This document shows positions 34,286 to 46,920 of a stretch of 53,622 nucleotides of DNA, piece after piece. The notes under the pieces were generated by a model. The model was given only the letters and a program-made list of their open reading frames with translations. It searched no databases and had not been told where the DNA came from. Both the position numbers and the translations under genes were made by a program. Source of the stretch: Chiloscyllium plagiosum (taxonomy: Eukaryota); contig NC_057718.1 in the NCBI RefSeq assembly GCF_004010195.1, positions 75,473,295 through 75,526,916 of the forward strand, given 5' to 3'. The first letter of the stretch is position 1, and the number at the start of each line of letters is the position of its first letter.

Positions 34286-34744
34286 TTAGTTTTTCTATAG
34301 TTGAGAAAGGGGTTGCTCTCATTGCATCATGTCACCAGGCCCCCTATCTCCCATTTGTATTTTGATTCATCATAGTTAGATATCCATTCTATTACAGTGG
34401 GGGTGTCATATGTAACAATGCACAATCCCATATGTCTTAATTCCTTTACAATTACATTAAACTTTTCTATTTCAGAATTCTGCCATTAAAATAGATCTAC
34501 AATACCTATTTACCTCTTGTTATACCCGATCATTATCGAAATTATTTCATCATTAAATCACTAAGGTTACTAGTGCATATCTCTGCCATTTTCATTATCA
34601 TTTGGTTTGCTCAGTTCCCATTTCTGATCATCGTGCGACCATGCCTGGTAATGATGCCTTTGTTATACCCTCCAAGTTAGAATTTGCATCTGCAATTCAT
34701 TCAATTTGTTCCTCATACACCATGCAGCTTTTTAAAAAAAAATT

Positions 34745-35610
34745 GTTTATGTGATGCAAGCACCACTGGAAGTGGCAGAATTTGCTGCTTTCTTGAATTG
34801 TTGGTGTATGTGGTAGCTAGAGTAGGTATAACTTTAAGTCTGTTAGGTAGGGAGCAACATAACTTTAACCCAAGGACAGTGAATTTTAACATGTGACTTC
34901 AAGGGAAACTTATAAGTGGCGATGTTTTCATGTACATGTTGTTCTCATTCTTTGAGGTGGTTAGAAGTGTTATCAAAAGGAGATTTGGCAATTTGGCACT
35001 ATACAGCAGAGAGAAAGGAACTGACTGTTTCGGATAGTGGACAGAATGCCAATTAAGCATACAATTTTATCCCCAATAGTTTCAGCTTCTTGAAAAAGTG
35101 TTGATGCAGCTATACTCAGGGCAAGTGGAGATTATTCCATCACACTCCTGACTGATGCTTTGCAGATGGGGAACAGGCTTTAGAGCAAGAAGATTGGCCA
35201 TTCACTACTGAATGCCCAGGATTTAACCAATCACAGTATTTATAATGGCTGGTTTAATTTCTCATCATTATCACCCATAGAATATTGATGGTGGGGGATT
35301 TAATGATGATCTCATCGAAAGTCATGGGGAGATACGTAGATTTCTTGTTAGAAACAGTCATTGTCTACCATCTATGTGGCACAAATGTTACTCTTCCACT
35401 TGTCAGGCCAAACTTAAATGTGATCGAGGCTTTAATGCACTCAGACACAGACTGCCTTAGACTCTTCCGAGTCATGAATGATACCAGACGCTGTACAATT
35501 ACTTATAACTTGAAGAAAGATTACTGATGAAGCAGCTGGGTACGGTTAGGTCTGGACATTACCCTGAGTGATTCCAGAAGTCTTTCCCTGAGATGTCTGG
35601 TCTTCAGCAA
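34745..35610 (-). mobile_element. Old CR1/L2-group LINE 3' region
   Basis: Decayed RT C-terminus and 3' UTR (minus strand SVMESPL..., KWQ.TFVPH..QT) of the same family as 9468-10770. Confidence 0.6.
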
Positions 35611-35619
35611 CATAACCAA

Positions 35620-35865
35620 AATTCAAAGAGAGTTGAGGAGCAACTACTTCTCCCAAGGGTTGTGAATCTGTGGAATTCGCTACCCGAAAGTACGGTGCAT
35701 GCTGGACAGTGAGTCAATTTAAGGAGGAATTAGACAGATTTTTAATTGGTAATGGGTTGAAGGGATATGGAGAGAAGGCAGGAACATGGGGTGAGGAGCA
35801 TAACAACCATGATCAAATGGAGGAACAGACCTGATGGGTCAAATTTTGCTCCAATATCTTATGAA
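35620..35865 (+). mobile_element. CR1 3' terminal fragment
   Basis: RELRSNYFSQ-VVNLWNSLP..FKEELDRFL; tail atatcttatg. Confidence 0.85.
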
Positions 35866-37324
35866 GCCTCTTAGTTGTGCTAGCCATGATTTCAGCCAAT
35901 GAAAAGGTTTTCTCCCTCCACCTTCTCATTGATTTCCATCTGCTTTCAGTTTTGTTAGATTTCTTTGATGCTTTCTTGATTTCATGGGTAATTACTTTCA
36001 CTGGACTGTAATGAGATCAAGAGTCAAGTGACATTAATAGAACCCAAACAGAATCTTGGTGAATAAATTGCACCTGAAGATGGTGGAGTCTTGGACACCA
36101 TTCTTCATTAATATCCTACAACTGAAGGGATTAACCTTCAAAAACCATAATAACCTTTTTTTTAGAAGATGTAATTCTAGTTGTAGAGAAATTCCCCCCC
36201 CCCCCCCAACCCCACTTATGAAAGAGCCCGGGTAAAAATTGAAATCCATGATACCAAACCTAGTTAAGTAATGCCTTGAAGTCAAAGTCAATAACTTTCA
36301 TGTCACCCATGAACTTCAGCGCTTAATGTCTATGTTTGAGCAAAGCCTTAATGAGATCAGGAAGCAGGTTGCCATTACAGACCTCAAACTGAGCAGGTTG
36401 TCATTATGCATGTGCAACTTGATAGCAACTTTGACCTTGTAACATGTTACCAATGCTCAAATATAGACTGGTGGACTAGAAGGTCTTCCTTTGTGGGGAC
36501 AGGAATAGTTGGGTAATTTTCCATATTGTCAGGTCAATGCCAGTTGGCTCGAAGCTGGCTACATCAGGAATACAAGTCTTCAGTACTACTGATAGGGTAC
36601 TGACACTATCTAGTGCTCACAGCTATTTCTTAAATAATATGCCGTGAATTGAATTATTTGAAAATTAGCATCTGCGATGCTAAGGACCTCAGGACAACTC
36701 CAAGACAGATCATCCACTCAGTTTTATTGAGTGAAAATGGTTGCAAATGCTTCAGCTTTCTGCATTTGTATAAGAAATGTCCATTTGGTCCAAATTCACT
36801 TCCCAGTGTTTCTGCTCAGACATTTTGCTGCTATATTACTTACTTCTCAGACAAAGCTAATATTTTTCCTCACCACAATAAACTCATTTTGCAAAATCAA
36901 TTAGTTGAATTTGACATAAACAACTTTTAATTAGCCTATTTGATCATCATCTATTATATTAACAAAATGTGTTAAATATCCCAATTTCCAGCAGCTATTT
37001 TTTGATACAAGACACTGAAAATGATTTAGCTCCTGAGTAGTTTCATCGAATTCATTTAAAAAATGCTTAAAGATCTCATATGCATTTCTAGCCCATTCCT
37101 TCAAACACTTTTATTAGTCAGCTGGGAATGTGGATAAATATTCCCACTCGTCCCCAGTGAATATCAAATGAATGTTGCCACTAAACTGCTAAATACCAGG
37201 CTGAATATTCCTATAAGTCTGCTACAGATGTGAAAGTTCCCTATATTCAGATATGGACTTGAATTCTGCTCCCAGCAGCCTATTAGAGTCTTGGTGTGAG
37301 AAGCTTTCTGTATCATAGATAATA

Positions 37325-37496
37325 CCAAAAATCACACAACACCAGGTTATAGTCCAACCGATTTATTTGGAAGCATTAGCTTTCGGAGCACTGAAAACAC
37401 CTAGTGCTTCCAAATAAGCCTATTGGACTATACCCTGGTGTTGTGTGATTTTTAACTTTGTACACCCCAGTCCAACACTGGCACCTCCAAATCTTG
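37325..37496. mobile_element. Fold-back PLE pseudo-LTR insert (family B); hammerhead core lost at the junction
   Basis: 7-bp TSD gataata (37318 / 37497). Arms match the 22431-22778 arms and the fold-back point lies within stem II. Confidence 0.88.
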
Positions 37497-38369
37497 GATA
37501 ATATTGCCTTAACTCAATGTATCTTTCAAACGATAGAGTGCATGCTTACAGGGAATTGTAGGATTTATACATTAATTTTTGAAATTTAATTTCAAAATTA
37601 AAGGTATTCAGCGCTTTAAATAGGAAAGACAACTGGCACATTAGGATAATCGATATGTGGCCATGTCTAGTTTCATGAAACTGTGAGCAGCCATCATCAC
37701 TCAGTATCTGGTTGTGTATTTCTGAAATTGCCTCCCTTAATTCTAATATTAAACTGAGAATATTAAAGCTAATCTTATTAACCTGAGGTCCAAATGAAAT
37801 TCAAGTCCACTTAATCCATAAACTGCACGACGTCAAGGGCCGAACATAATAACTAGAAAATGCCAAGTAAATTGCTCAAGGGTCGAAGAAACGTGACAAT
37901 GAAGCTGTCAAGCAAGATGGCTGTTTGATTTATTGCTTATTCAAAATAATTTAACTTGAAAAGTAATTTAAAAGCATTCTAAGATTAAATTGAATTCAAC
38001 TCAGGTTGGTCCATGTTTAATTGCTACTGATGTATAAGTCATATTGGATTTCTAGAGCAAATGTTTGGGTTTCCAGATTACAATCTTTTCCTGCCAAGGA
38101 TCTTTTTTAATGACTGCAAAGACCATGTGATCAAAACCTTGAATGTATCACTTAGCATTAAGGTTGCAACAGGCAAGTCTCTTTACAGTACCAATTCAAA
38201 CTTTTAGTAAATGGCATAAATTTGAAGCTAGATATTTTCCTATCTGTTTACAGGTTTTACCATAAACAATTAGAAACAAGTTTTAGACAAATCCAAGTGG
38301 TTGTAATTTTGACACAGGTTACTACTTTCAATCATGAATATTACTTCAGTGGGAATATCTTCACAGTCC

Positions 38370-40212
38370 CCCAAATCCTTTAAGTCTACTTGTACCTCCT
38401 TCAGAAAGCTCACAAACTGGATTATCCTGATAAACTCAACATTTCAGCCTGTTCCTGTTCCACTGAAATTATTTCTGCCGATCTTGAGTTGACCTTTCTC
38501 CCCCTAATTCAGTCTTTTCCCACTTACATTTGTGATTCTTCTGCCACTTTACATCAGTTCCACACTTCCCAGTTTTCTGGTCTTAGCTGCCTCCTTTTCA
38601 TCATGGATATACAATTCCGCAACATGTCCATTCCCCATCAGAATGGTCTGAAGGCTCTGCACTTCTCCCTTGAAAACAGGCCTGCACAATGTCCTTCGCC
38701 TGGCTGAGGATTTTCTCACATTGAACAACTTTTCCTTTAACTCATCTCATTGGCTTCAATCAAATAAGTGTGGCACATGAATCCAGTTATGCCTGTCTAT
38801 TTGTCAGGTAGTGGAACATTCCTTGTTCCAGTCTTACTTGTTCCATTCACAATTCTTTCCCTGATACATTGATGAGTCTTTAGTGGTGCCTCCTGCTCTT
38901 ATGTGGAATTGTAAAAATTCATCAGTCTTGCCTCTAATTTACATCCTTCTTTTGTCTTCACCTGGTCCATCTGACTCTTTTCTTGGCTTTAATGTTTCGA
39001 TATGACAATAGGCTGTCCATCAGTATCGATTACAGGCCCATCATTTCTCACAATTACCTCAATTTCACCTCCTCACACCCTGCTTCCTGCAAGGATTCCA
39101 TTCCTGTTTCTCTGTTTCTGTTGCTTCTGTTGGTGTCATTTTCCATTGAGCTGCCTCTGATATGATATTCTTTTCCTTAAAACAAGGATTCCTCCACTGT
39201 GATTTCCCCCACATGGCCTTCAGTCTGACCTATCTCCCACACATCCACACTCACCCCTTCTCCTTCCCAGAACATTGGGCTCCCCTTAGCCTTATTTTCC
39301 ACCCCATTTGTCTCCACATTCAAAGACTTTTCACCACTCCCAGCAGGATGCCAGTACTAACCTTCCTCTCCCCTCCACTGTTACCAATCCATTGGGCTTG
39401 TTCCCTCCATGAACCCTGGCCCACTCCTCCATCACTCCAAAAACTTTGTCATGCCCCCATGCCATCTTCCCATGCAATTGCAGAAAGAACAAAAACTTGT
39501 CCATTCACTTCCTCTTGCTTCACTGCCCAAGGCCCTTTCCAGGTGAAGCAGCATTTTGTCTACTGATTCCCTGCTCAGTCTGGTCTCCTTTACAATGGTG
39601 AGACCAAACAGACTGTATGACCACTTTTTGGAACACCTCTGCTTTGTCCTTGGGATGAACCCCTGACTTCCCAGTCACTTGCTATTCCATTAAATGACCT
39701 TGGTTTAATGCTAACATGTTGTACTGGGCTTGCTGCAATGTTCTATTGGCACACATGTAAGCTTGAGGAACAACACCTCAGTTTCTGCTTAGGCACCTTA
39801 CAGTCTCCATGTCTGAACACTGAATTCCATAATTCAATGGTGTAAGAAACTGACCACATTATGTCTGTTCTCTATTTTTCTTACTCTCTCTCCACCCCTC
39901 TCCCCCAACAACAGCCTAGTCTTGTTTGGGTCCTATTTACTTAACTCTTTTCTCCCTTTCATGCCTTACTTCACACCCACATTACATCTCTTTTCCTCGT
40001 TCACCACCATTAAAAACCACTTTGTCCTTTGCACTTAAATTTCCACTGTCTGCCTGCCCTCCTTACTTGACTTCCTGTCTTTCAAAAGTATTTAAAATAT
40101 TTAAATACCTTCAGTTCTGAAGAAGTCATACGCACTCGACATATTGACTCAATTTCTCTCTCCACAGATGCTGCTAAAGCTGCTGATTTTATTCAGCATT
40201 GTCTGTGCTGGT
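38370..40212 (+). mobile_element. Long degenerate Penelope-like element (RT, GIY-YIG, pseudo-LTR with decayed hammerhead)
   Basis: LLFIMDIQFRNMSIPHQNGLKAL, TLNNFSFN, PSYACLF, YIDE, YNGETK, KLEEQHLSFCLGTLQ; agtt-CTGAAGA at ~40113. Confidence 0.88.
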
Positions 40213-40519
40213 TAAAAAAAGGTCTCTGACTTTTAATTAATAAGTCATGGCTGACAGCAACTGCTGGAGAACGAATACACTGCTTTTCTTACACTTCAAA
40301 TTGGCTTTACTATAGGGAGCAGAAAAAGCTCCTGAACTGGGAGAAATCTGATGGTTTTTCTGTCAGGTTCACAGCCTCACGCTGTTCAACTACATAAAAA
40401 CCAAAAGCAGATTTTGACAGATAGAAGGCCTTTGGCATCGATAAGCCATGATCTCATTTTATGGCAAAACAAATTCTCCATCAATGTATTATGGTCGAAC
40501 TGGTCACTAGGCGATAGAC

Positions 40520-43500
40520 TAATCAACAGCAATAGTATGTGATGGATGGCAGTTATAGGAAGAGAGGAAAGTCTCAGATACAGTCACATAGATGGGTTAA
40601 CTCCAGGAAAGGTAAGAGAGGTAGGCATCTAGTGCAGGAGTCTTTTGTGGATATACCCATTTCAAACAGGTATGCTGTTTTGGAAAATGTAGGGGGTGAT
40701 GGATTCTCAGGGGAACGTAGCACGAACAGCCAAGTTTCTGGTATTGAGACTGGCTCTAATGCAACAAGGAGTACATCAGATTCCAAGAGATCAATTGTGT
40801 TAGGGGATTCTCTAGTCCGTGGTACAGACAGACGTTTCTGTGGCCAGCAGCGAAAATGCAGAATGGTGCGTTGCTTCCCTGGTGCCAGGATCAAGGATGT
40901 CTCAGAGAGGGTGCAGAATGTTGTCATGGGGGAGAGGGGCCAGCAGGAGGTCATTGTCTACGTTGGAACCAACGACATAGGAAGGGAAAAGGTTGAGATT
41001 CTGAAGGGAGATTACAAAGAATTAGGCAGAATTTTAAAAGGAGGTCCTCGAGAGTAGTTATATCTGGATTACTCCCAGTGCTACGAGCTAGTGACGGCAG
41101 GAATAGGAGGATAGAGCAGATGAATGCGTGGCTGAGGAGCTGGCATATGGGAGAAGGATTCACATTTTTGGATCATTGGAATCTCTTTTGGGGTAGAAGT
41201 GACCTGTACAAGAAGGATGGATTGCACCTAAATTGGAAGGGGACTAATAACTGGCAGGGAATTTGCTAGAACTGCTCAGGAGGATTAAAACTAGTAAGGT
41301 GGGGGGGTGGGACCCAAGGAGATAGTGAGGAAAGAGATCAATCTGAGACTAGTACAGTTGAGAACAGAAGCGAGTCAAACAGTCAGGGCAGGCAGGGACA
41401 ACGTAGGACTAATAAATTAAACTGCATTTATTTCAATGCAAGGGGCCTAACAGGGAAGGCAGATGAACTCAGGGCATGGTTAGGAACATGGGACTGGGAT
41501 ATCATAGCAATTACAGAAACATAGCTCAGGGATGGGCAGGACTGGCAGCTTAATGATCCAGGATACAAATGCCACAGGAAGGACAGAAGGGAGGCAAGAG
41601 AGGAGAGGGAGTGGCGTTTTTGATAGGTACTCTTGGGAAATAAGGCAGGGCAGGTGACTGAGGTGTCAGTGGGGGAGCACTTTGGGGCCAGCGACCATAA
41701 TTCTATTAGATTTAAAATAATGATGGAAAAGGATAGACCAGATCTAAAAGTTGAAGTTCTAAATTAGAGAAAGGCCAATTTTGACGGTATTAGGCAAGAA
41801 CTTTCCAAAGCTGATTGGAGGCAGATGTTCGCAGGTAAAGGGATGGCTGGAAAATGGGAAGCCTTCAGAACTGAGATAACGAGAATCCAGAGAAAGTATA
41901 TCCCTGTTACGGTGAAAGGAAAGCCTGGTAGGTATAGGGAATGCTGGATGACTAAAGAAATTGAGGGTTTGGTTAAGTGAAAGAAGGAAGCATATGTAAT
42001 GTATAGACAGGATAGTGAATCCTTAGAAGAGTATAAAGGAAGTAGGAGTATACTTAAGAGGGAAATCAAGAGGGCAAAAAGGGGACATGAGATAGCTTTG
42101 GCAAATAGAATTAAGGTGAATCCAAAGAGTTTTTACAAATACATTGAGGACAAAAGTGTAACTAGGGAGAGAATAGGGCCCTCAAAGATCAGCAAGGCGG
42201 CCTTTGTGTGGAGCCGCAGAAAATGGGGGAGATAGTAAATGAGTATTTTGTATCAGTATTTACTGTGGTAAAGGATATGGAAGTTATAGACTGTAGGGAA
42301 ATAGATGGTGACATCTTGCAAAATGTCCATATTACAGAGGAGGAAGTGCTGGATGTCTTGAAACGCATAAAGGTGGATAAATCCCAGGACCTGATCATGT
42401 GTACCCTAGAACTCTGTTGGAAGCTAGAGAAGTGATTGCTGGGCCTCTTGCTGACATATTTGTATCATCGATAGTCACAGGTGAGGTGCCAGAAAAGGGG
42501 AGGTTGTCTAACGTAGTGCCACTTTTTAAGAAGGGTGGTAAGGACAATCCAGGGAACTACAGACCAGTGAGTCTGATGTCAGTGATGGGCAATTGTTGGA
42601 GGGAATCCTGAGGGACAGGATGTACATGTATTTGGAAAGGCAAATACTGATTAGGGATAGTCAACATGGCTTTGTGTGTGGGAAATCATGTCTCACAAAC
42701 CTGATTGAGTTTTTTGAGAAAGTAACAATGAAGATTGATGAGGGGAGAGCGGTAGATGTTATCTATATGGACTTCAATAAGGAGTTCGACAAGGTTCCCC
42801 ATGGGCGACTGATTAGCAAAGTTAGAGCTCATGGAATACAGGGAGAACTAGCCATTTGGATACAGAACTGGCTCAAAGGTAGAAGACAGAGGGTGGTGGT
42901 GAAGGGTTGTTTTTCAGACTGGAGGTCTGTGACCAGTGGAGTGCCGCAAGGATCGGTGCTGGGTCCTCCACATTTTGTCCTCTACATTTTGGATGCAAGT
43001 ATAAGAGGTACAGTTAGCAAGTTTTCAGATGACACCAAAATTGGAGGTGTAGTGGACAGCGAAGAGGGTTACCTCAGATTACAACAGGATCTTGACCAGA
43101 TGGGCCAATAGGCTGAGAAGTGGCAGATGGAGTTTAATTCAGATAAATGCGAGGTGCTGCATTTTGGGAAAGCAAATTTTAGCAGGACTTATACACTTAA
43201 TAGTAAGGTCCTCAGGAGTGTTGCTAAACAATGAGACCTTGGAGTACAGGTTCATAGCTCCTTGAAAGTGGAGTCGCAGATAGGTAGGACAGTGAAGAAG
43301 GCGTTCGGAATGCTTTCCTTTATTGGTCAGAGTATTGAGTACAGGAGTTGGGAGGCTGTTTTCCCTGGAGCTTTGGAGGCTGAGGGGTGACCTTCTAGAA
43401 GATTACAAAATTATGAGGGGAATGGATAGGGTAAATAGGCAAAGTCTTTTCCCTGGGGTCGGAGAGTCCAGAATTAGAGGGCATAGGTTTAGGATGAGAG

Positions 43501-43770
43501 GGGAAAGATATAAAAGACACCTATGGGGTAACGTTTTCACACAGAGGGTGGTATGTGTATGAAATGAGCTGCCAGAGGAAGTGATGGAGGCTGGTACAAT
43601 TGCAACATTTAAGAGGCATTTGGATGGATATATGAATAGGAAGGGTTTGGAGGGATATGGGCCAGGTGTTGGCAAGCGGGACTCGATTGGGTTGGGATAT
43701 CTGGTCGGCATGGACGGGTTGGACCAAAGGGTCTGTTTCCATGCTGTACATCTCTATGACTCTATAACTA
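40520..43770 (+). mobile_element. Near full-length CR1 LINE (ORF1 esterase plus ORF2 EN-RT), defective
   Basis: ORF1 followed by ORF2 motifs [38 protein letters not shown], with several deletions and stops; tail ctctatgactctataact. Confidence 0.95.
40539..41290 (+). pseudogene. CR1 ORF1 SGNH/GDSL esterase domain (frameshifted)
   Basis: IPISNRYAVL, IVLGDSLVR, CFPGARIKDV, VGTNDIG, DGLHLN. Confidence 0.9.
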
Positions 43771-43956
43771 CTTGTACTAATTTGAAGTGCTATCTGTATA
43801 CAAACCCTTGGCTCCTGGTCATCATCAACCTACACTTCAACCATTGCTGAAACCAACAGCTGCGCAAACAAACAATCTTTATAATGAGTGTCAAGTTATT
43901 TTAATGAAATTTGGAACCCCAAAAGTCAGAAGTTCTATTTTACTGGCTTATCATAG

Positions 43957-44615
43957 TGTTTGAGAGTATTGGGAATTCAAGGGTTAAAGATCCCCCATTA
44001 GAGTGACTCACTTAATGTTTGAGTGTAGTTTTATAGGCTGAGACCCGAAATCACAGTAGGTGTCTGACAACCTCCAAACTCCCAAAATCATCTGGAGCTA
44101 TACGCTTATATTTTGCTCCCAGCCCTGTGCAGAGATACTTGTTTCCCTGAATAAGACAGTCAGCCCTGGTTATAGACCTTATGAACTGCCTCCTGTTCCT
44201 ATTAACACACTTCCTTACCTATTAACAAGGGTATGAGAACAATACTAAATCCTATTATCTACCTCCTTTCTTATTAACACAAGTTTGTGAATAATACAGT
44301 AACAAGCTCCTATAAACAATTCAATATTTGTCACAGGTAGGTAGCAATCATGAGTCATTGTTAGATTGAGAAATACCTGCTTTAACAACAAAATAGCAAT
44401 CAGCCATGTGATGTTAAGAACTGTTTATTAGTCACAACCAAATGAGATATAAAATATACTGCTTGCATGTAATATTCAAAGATTCATTGAGGAGTCCCAT
44501 CACAAGAAGGCTATGAGACTCTTTTGACATCATACAGAATTTCTCACTGGCTTTTCAGTAATCAAGTGTCTACCATTGAACTGAAACTTGTGTCGGCCGA
44601 AGTGAAGAGTCAACG
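43957..44615 (+). promoter_or_regulatory. Putative ERV 5' LTR
   Basis: TATA box gatataaaa at ~44446; ends tcaacg 2 nt before the PBS. The 5' boundary (tgtttga) is a guess from terminal inverted symmetry. Confidence 0.6.
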
Positions 44616-44617
44616 TT

Positions 44618-44635
44618 TGGTGCCCAACATAGGGA
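44618..44635 (+). other. Primer binding site, tRNA-Lys1,2 type (decayed)
   Basis: TGGTGCCCAACATAGGGA vs TGGCGCCCAACGTGGGGC, 14/18, with two mismatches at CpG sites. Confidence 0.8.
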
Positions 44636-46002
44636 ATGTCTCACTGGGCTGACTAACTGGCCTGAGAGTCTGAATCGAACCAACTAAAGTGGTAAGGGCA
44701 CCCCAGGGTATCTTACCTCAGATCACTCCTGGTGTTTGGCCCCCACCCAGTGGAACTGGTACGTTGAAGAGGTCAAACAAACCACCCAAACCCAGCTTGT
44801 AAGGTAGGAAAGTTTAATCTGATTGCTCTGAAATGCTGCGGGGTGACATTGGCGATGCTGTATTGTTCTTGCAGGACAAAGGTCAGGAATGGTGACCCTG
44901 GTCAGGGAAGTGGTTGTCACTACCTGATGGATTTGGTTTAGGGAGCTGCCTCTTTCAGATATGGCTGGTGGAAATTAACAGATAAAAAGGAAAGAGGGCA
45001 GATTTGGTAAATTTCTCACCCCGCAGTACTATTTCAGCCAGTGGAAAATTGTTTATATTAGACCAGGGATCTATAATGGGATTTGGCTGGGAAGGAGACC
45101 CTCTTTCAGACCATGTGTGAGGAATTACCTGATCAGGAAATGATTTGTGAAAATTAAGTGCGGCACTACACGAACGATTAGGGGACAAGATTTGGCCTCT
45201 GAGCAGGACTTGGGATGTGGACTCCTGTGAGCAAGTGGTGAACCTGATTTGGAAAAAAAATTGTGGGAGAAAGTGGAATGGAAGGCGAGAGGCAACAGTA
45301 AATGGCAGGCCACCTTACCAGCCAGCTGGAGAAATAATGCTTGTGACAAGGTATTAACGGTGGAATGGATTCCCAAGAATTGGGAGGCATTGAAGGCTGA
45401 ATGCGACTAGGTGGATGGTAGGCAAAAAAGGGAATAGGAGAAACAGCATAAAGAAGTTAAAGCTGAAAAAGATAAACAAGAGGGGTTAAACCAGTGCTGT
45501 AGAGATAACCTAAGCACTTCTGGGGATCCCAAGCTCAGGTCCGGCACACCAACCCTGTTTTAGATGGAGGGAATGATACCGAGGTAGAGGAGAAATGGAG
45601 ATGTTACCCGAGTGCACTGTTGCCTCATTGACCCACCTATGGCTCGATCCCCACCACCGTACCAGAGTCCCAAGAAAACTTGTATCGCTGATCGGGTTAA
45701 GATGCACACTAGGAAGTCAACGGCACCCTGTGACCTTTGCACTGGAGTTCACCATCTCCATGTCACCCCCAAAACTATGCTCCCCATAAGGCAGCTACCG
45801 AACCCCAAGGCAGATGAGGAAGATGAGCTGCCAACTATTGGGATCTGTGTCCCTTGGAAACCCCAAGAGATGATCATGATAATGAGTTAGGCTCCAGATC
45901 ATAAAGATAAACATAACCAATATGCCCAAAACATCTGGCACACAATTCAAATGTACAATGCAACACCCCGGGATCTGTTTGCCCTCTGTTGTATGATCTT
46001 GT

Positions 46003-46100
46003 TCTGGATTAGTGGTGCTGGAAGAGCACAGCAGTTCAGGCAGCATCCGAGGAGCAGTAAAATCGACGTTTCGGGCAAAAGCCCTTCATCAGGATTTACC
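46003..46100 (-). mobile_element. Short PLE-derived hammerhead insert (family A) in ERV gag
   Basis: 12/13 TSD tgtatg(a/t)tcttgt (45990 / 46101); near identical to the 1250 copy. Confidence 0.92.
46060..46097 (-). ncRNA. Minimal type-I hammerhead ribozyme (family A), fully intact
   Basis: AAATC-CTGATGA-a-GGGC-tttt-GCCC-GAAA-cg-TC^GATTT: 5-bp stem I, 4-bp stem II, palindromic ACGT, GUC cleavage triplet. Confidence 0.88.
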
Positions 46101-46920
46101 TGTATGTTCTTGTCACCAGAACAAGTTACTAAGTGGCAGAAATAAATGGGCAAGGGTGACAGAAAGGGACCAGACCACACTTATGATGATTTAAACGGCA
46201 GATTCAAAGATAACACTCAAGTGAACCAAATTGTCTAATCGTTAGAGCGTGCCCTGCAACAGCCTGTCAACTTTAGTAAGGTCCTGGACTGCAAACCTAA
46301 GTCAGGAGAGTTCGGAGGGGACGTTTGGGAAAGATTTGTTGACTGTTGTGGGACTTTTGCTGAGGATCAAGCTTTTAACTGCAGAAAGGACTGACCATTA
46401 TTTAACTCTATGATTTTGCAATGTGTCCCTTTGAGCGTCACGGGCATGATACGCACAAATAGCATGGATTGGTCTGAGAACACCAGGTCACAGATGAGGA
46501 GAGCCCTTATTTATTATTGGGACAGCCAGAACAACCCCAAGTTGTAGTCTAAAGGTCAGACAAAAGCAGAGTTTGTTCAGCTGCCCCACGACCACATCAC
46601 ATCTTCAGTCAATACTGGTGATTTTCATTGGAGCCAGGATACCCACTGGAGACACAATCTTCCTCAGATGTCTGTTTCACAGGCCCAGCCATGTGGTCCT
46701 TCCCAAGGGGACCCTGGAGAGGGGAATCGAGGTGTCCCCTGATGTATCTTGGAAGAGGCAGAGACGGGCTCAATACCCAGTTAGACAGACAGGCCCGTGT
46801 TTCAGCTGTGGGAAACCCGGTTACTGGAGAGTCGAATGTCCCTCTCGCTCAGAGCCTGACAACCCACATCCAGGTCTCCTGTCCTGGGCTCCTTTCACAC
46901 CCAACAACCCCTTCACCTGA

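Larger units (their letters stand above)
32755..34410 (-). mobile_element. Rex1/Babar LINE 3' portion, split by a solo LTR and an HE1 SINE
   Basis: ELVIDFRKKEGEHAPIHINGTDIERVGSIQFFGVTITNNLSW; (tcaa)n tail at ~32757-32770. Confidence 0.88.
45076..46920 (+). pseudogene. gag: ERV gag (frameshifted)
   Basis: MG start, MA-like GDKIWPLSRTWD, CA-like VPWKPQEM..YNATPRDL, zinc knuckle CFSCGKPGYWRVEC (His to Tyr), TGA at 46918-46920. Confidence 0.8.

Noticed and set aside
36194..36207. Poly-C run
   Set aside because: Simple homopolymer with no supporting context
37780..37930. CpG-retaining unique stretch, possible conserved non-coding element
   Set aside because: Cannot be supported without cross-species alignment
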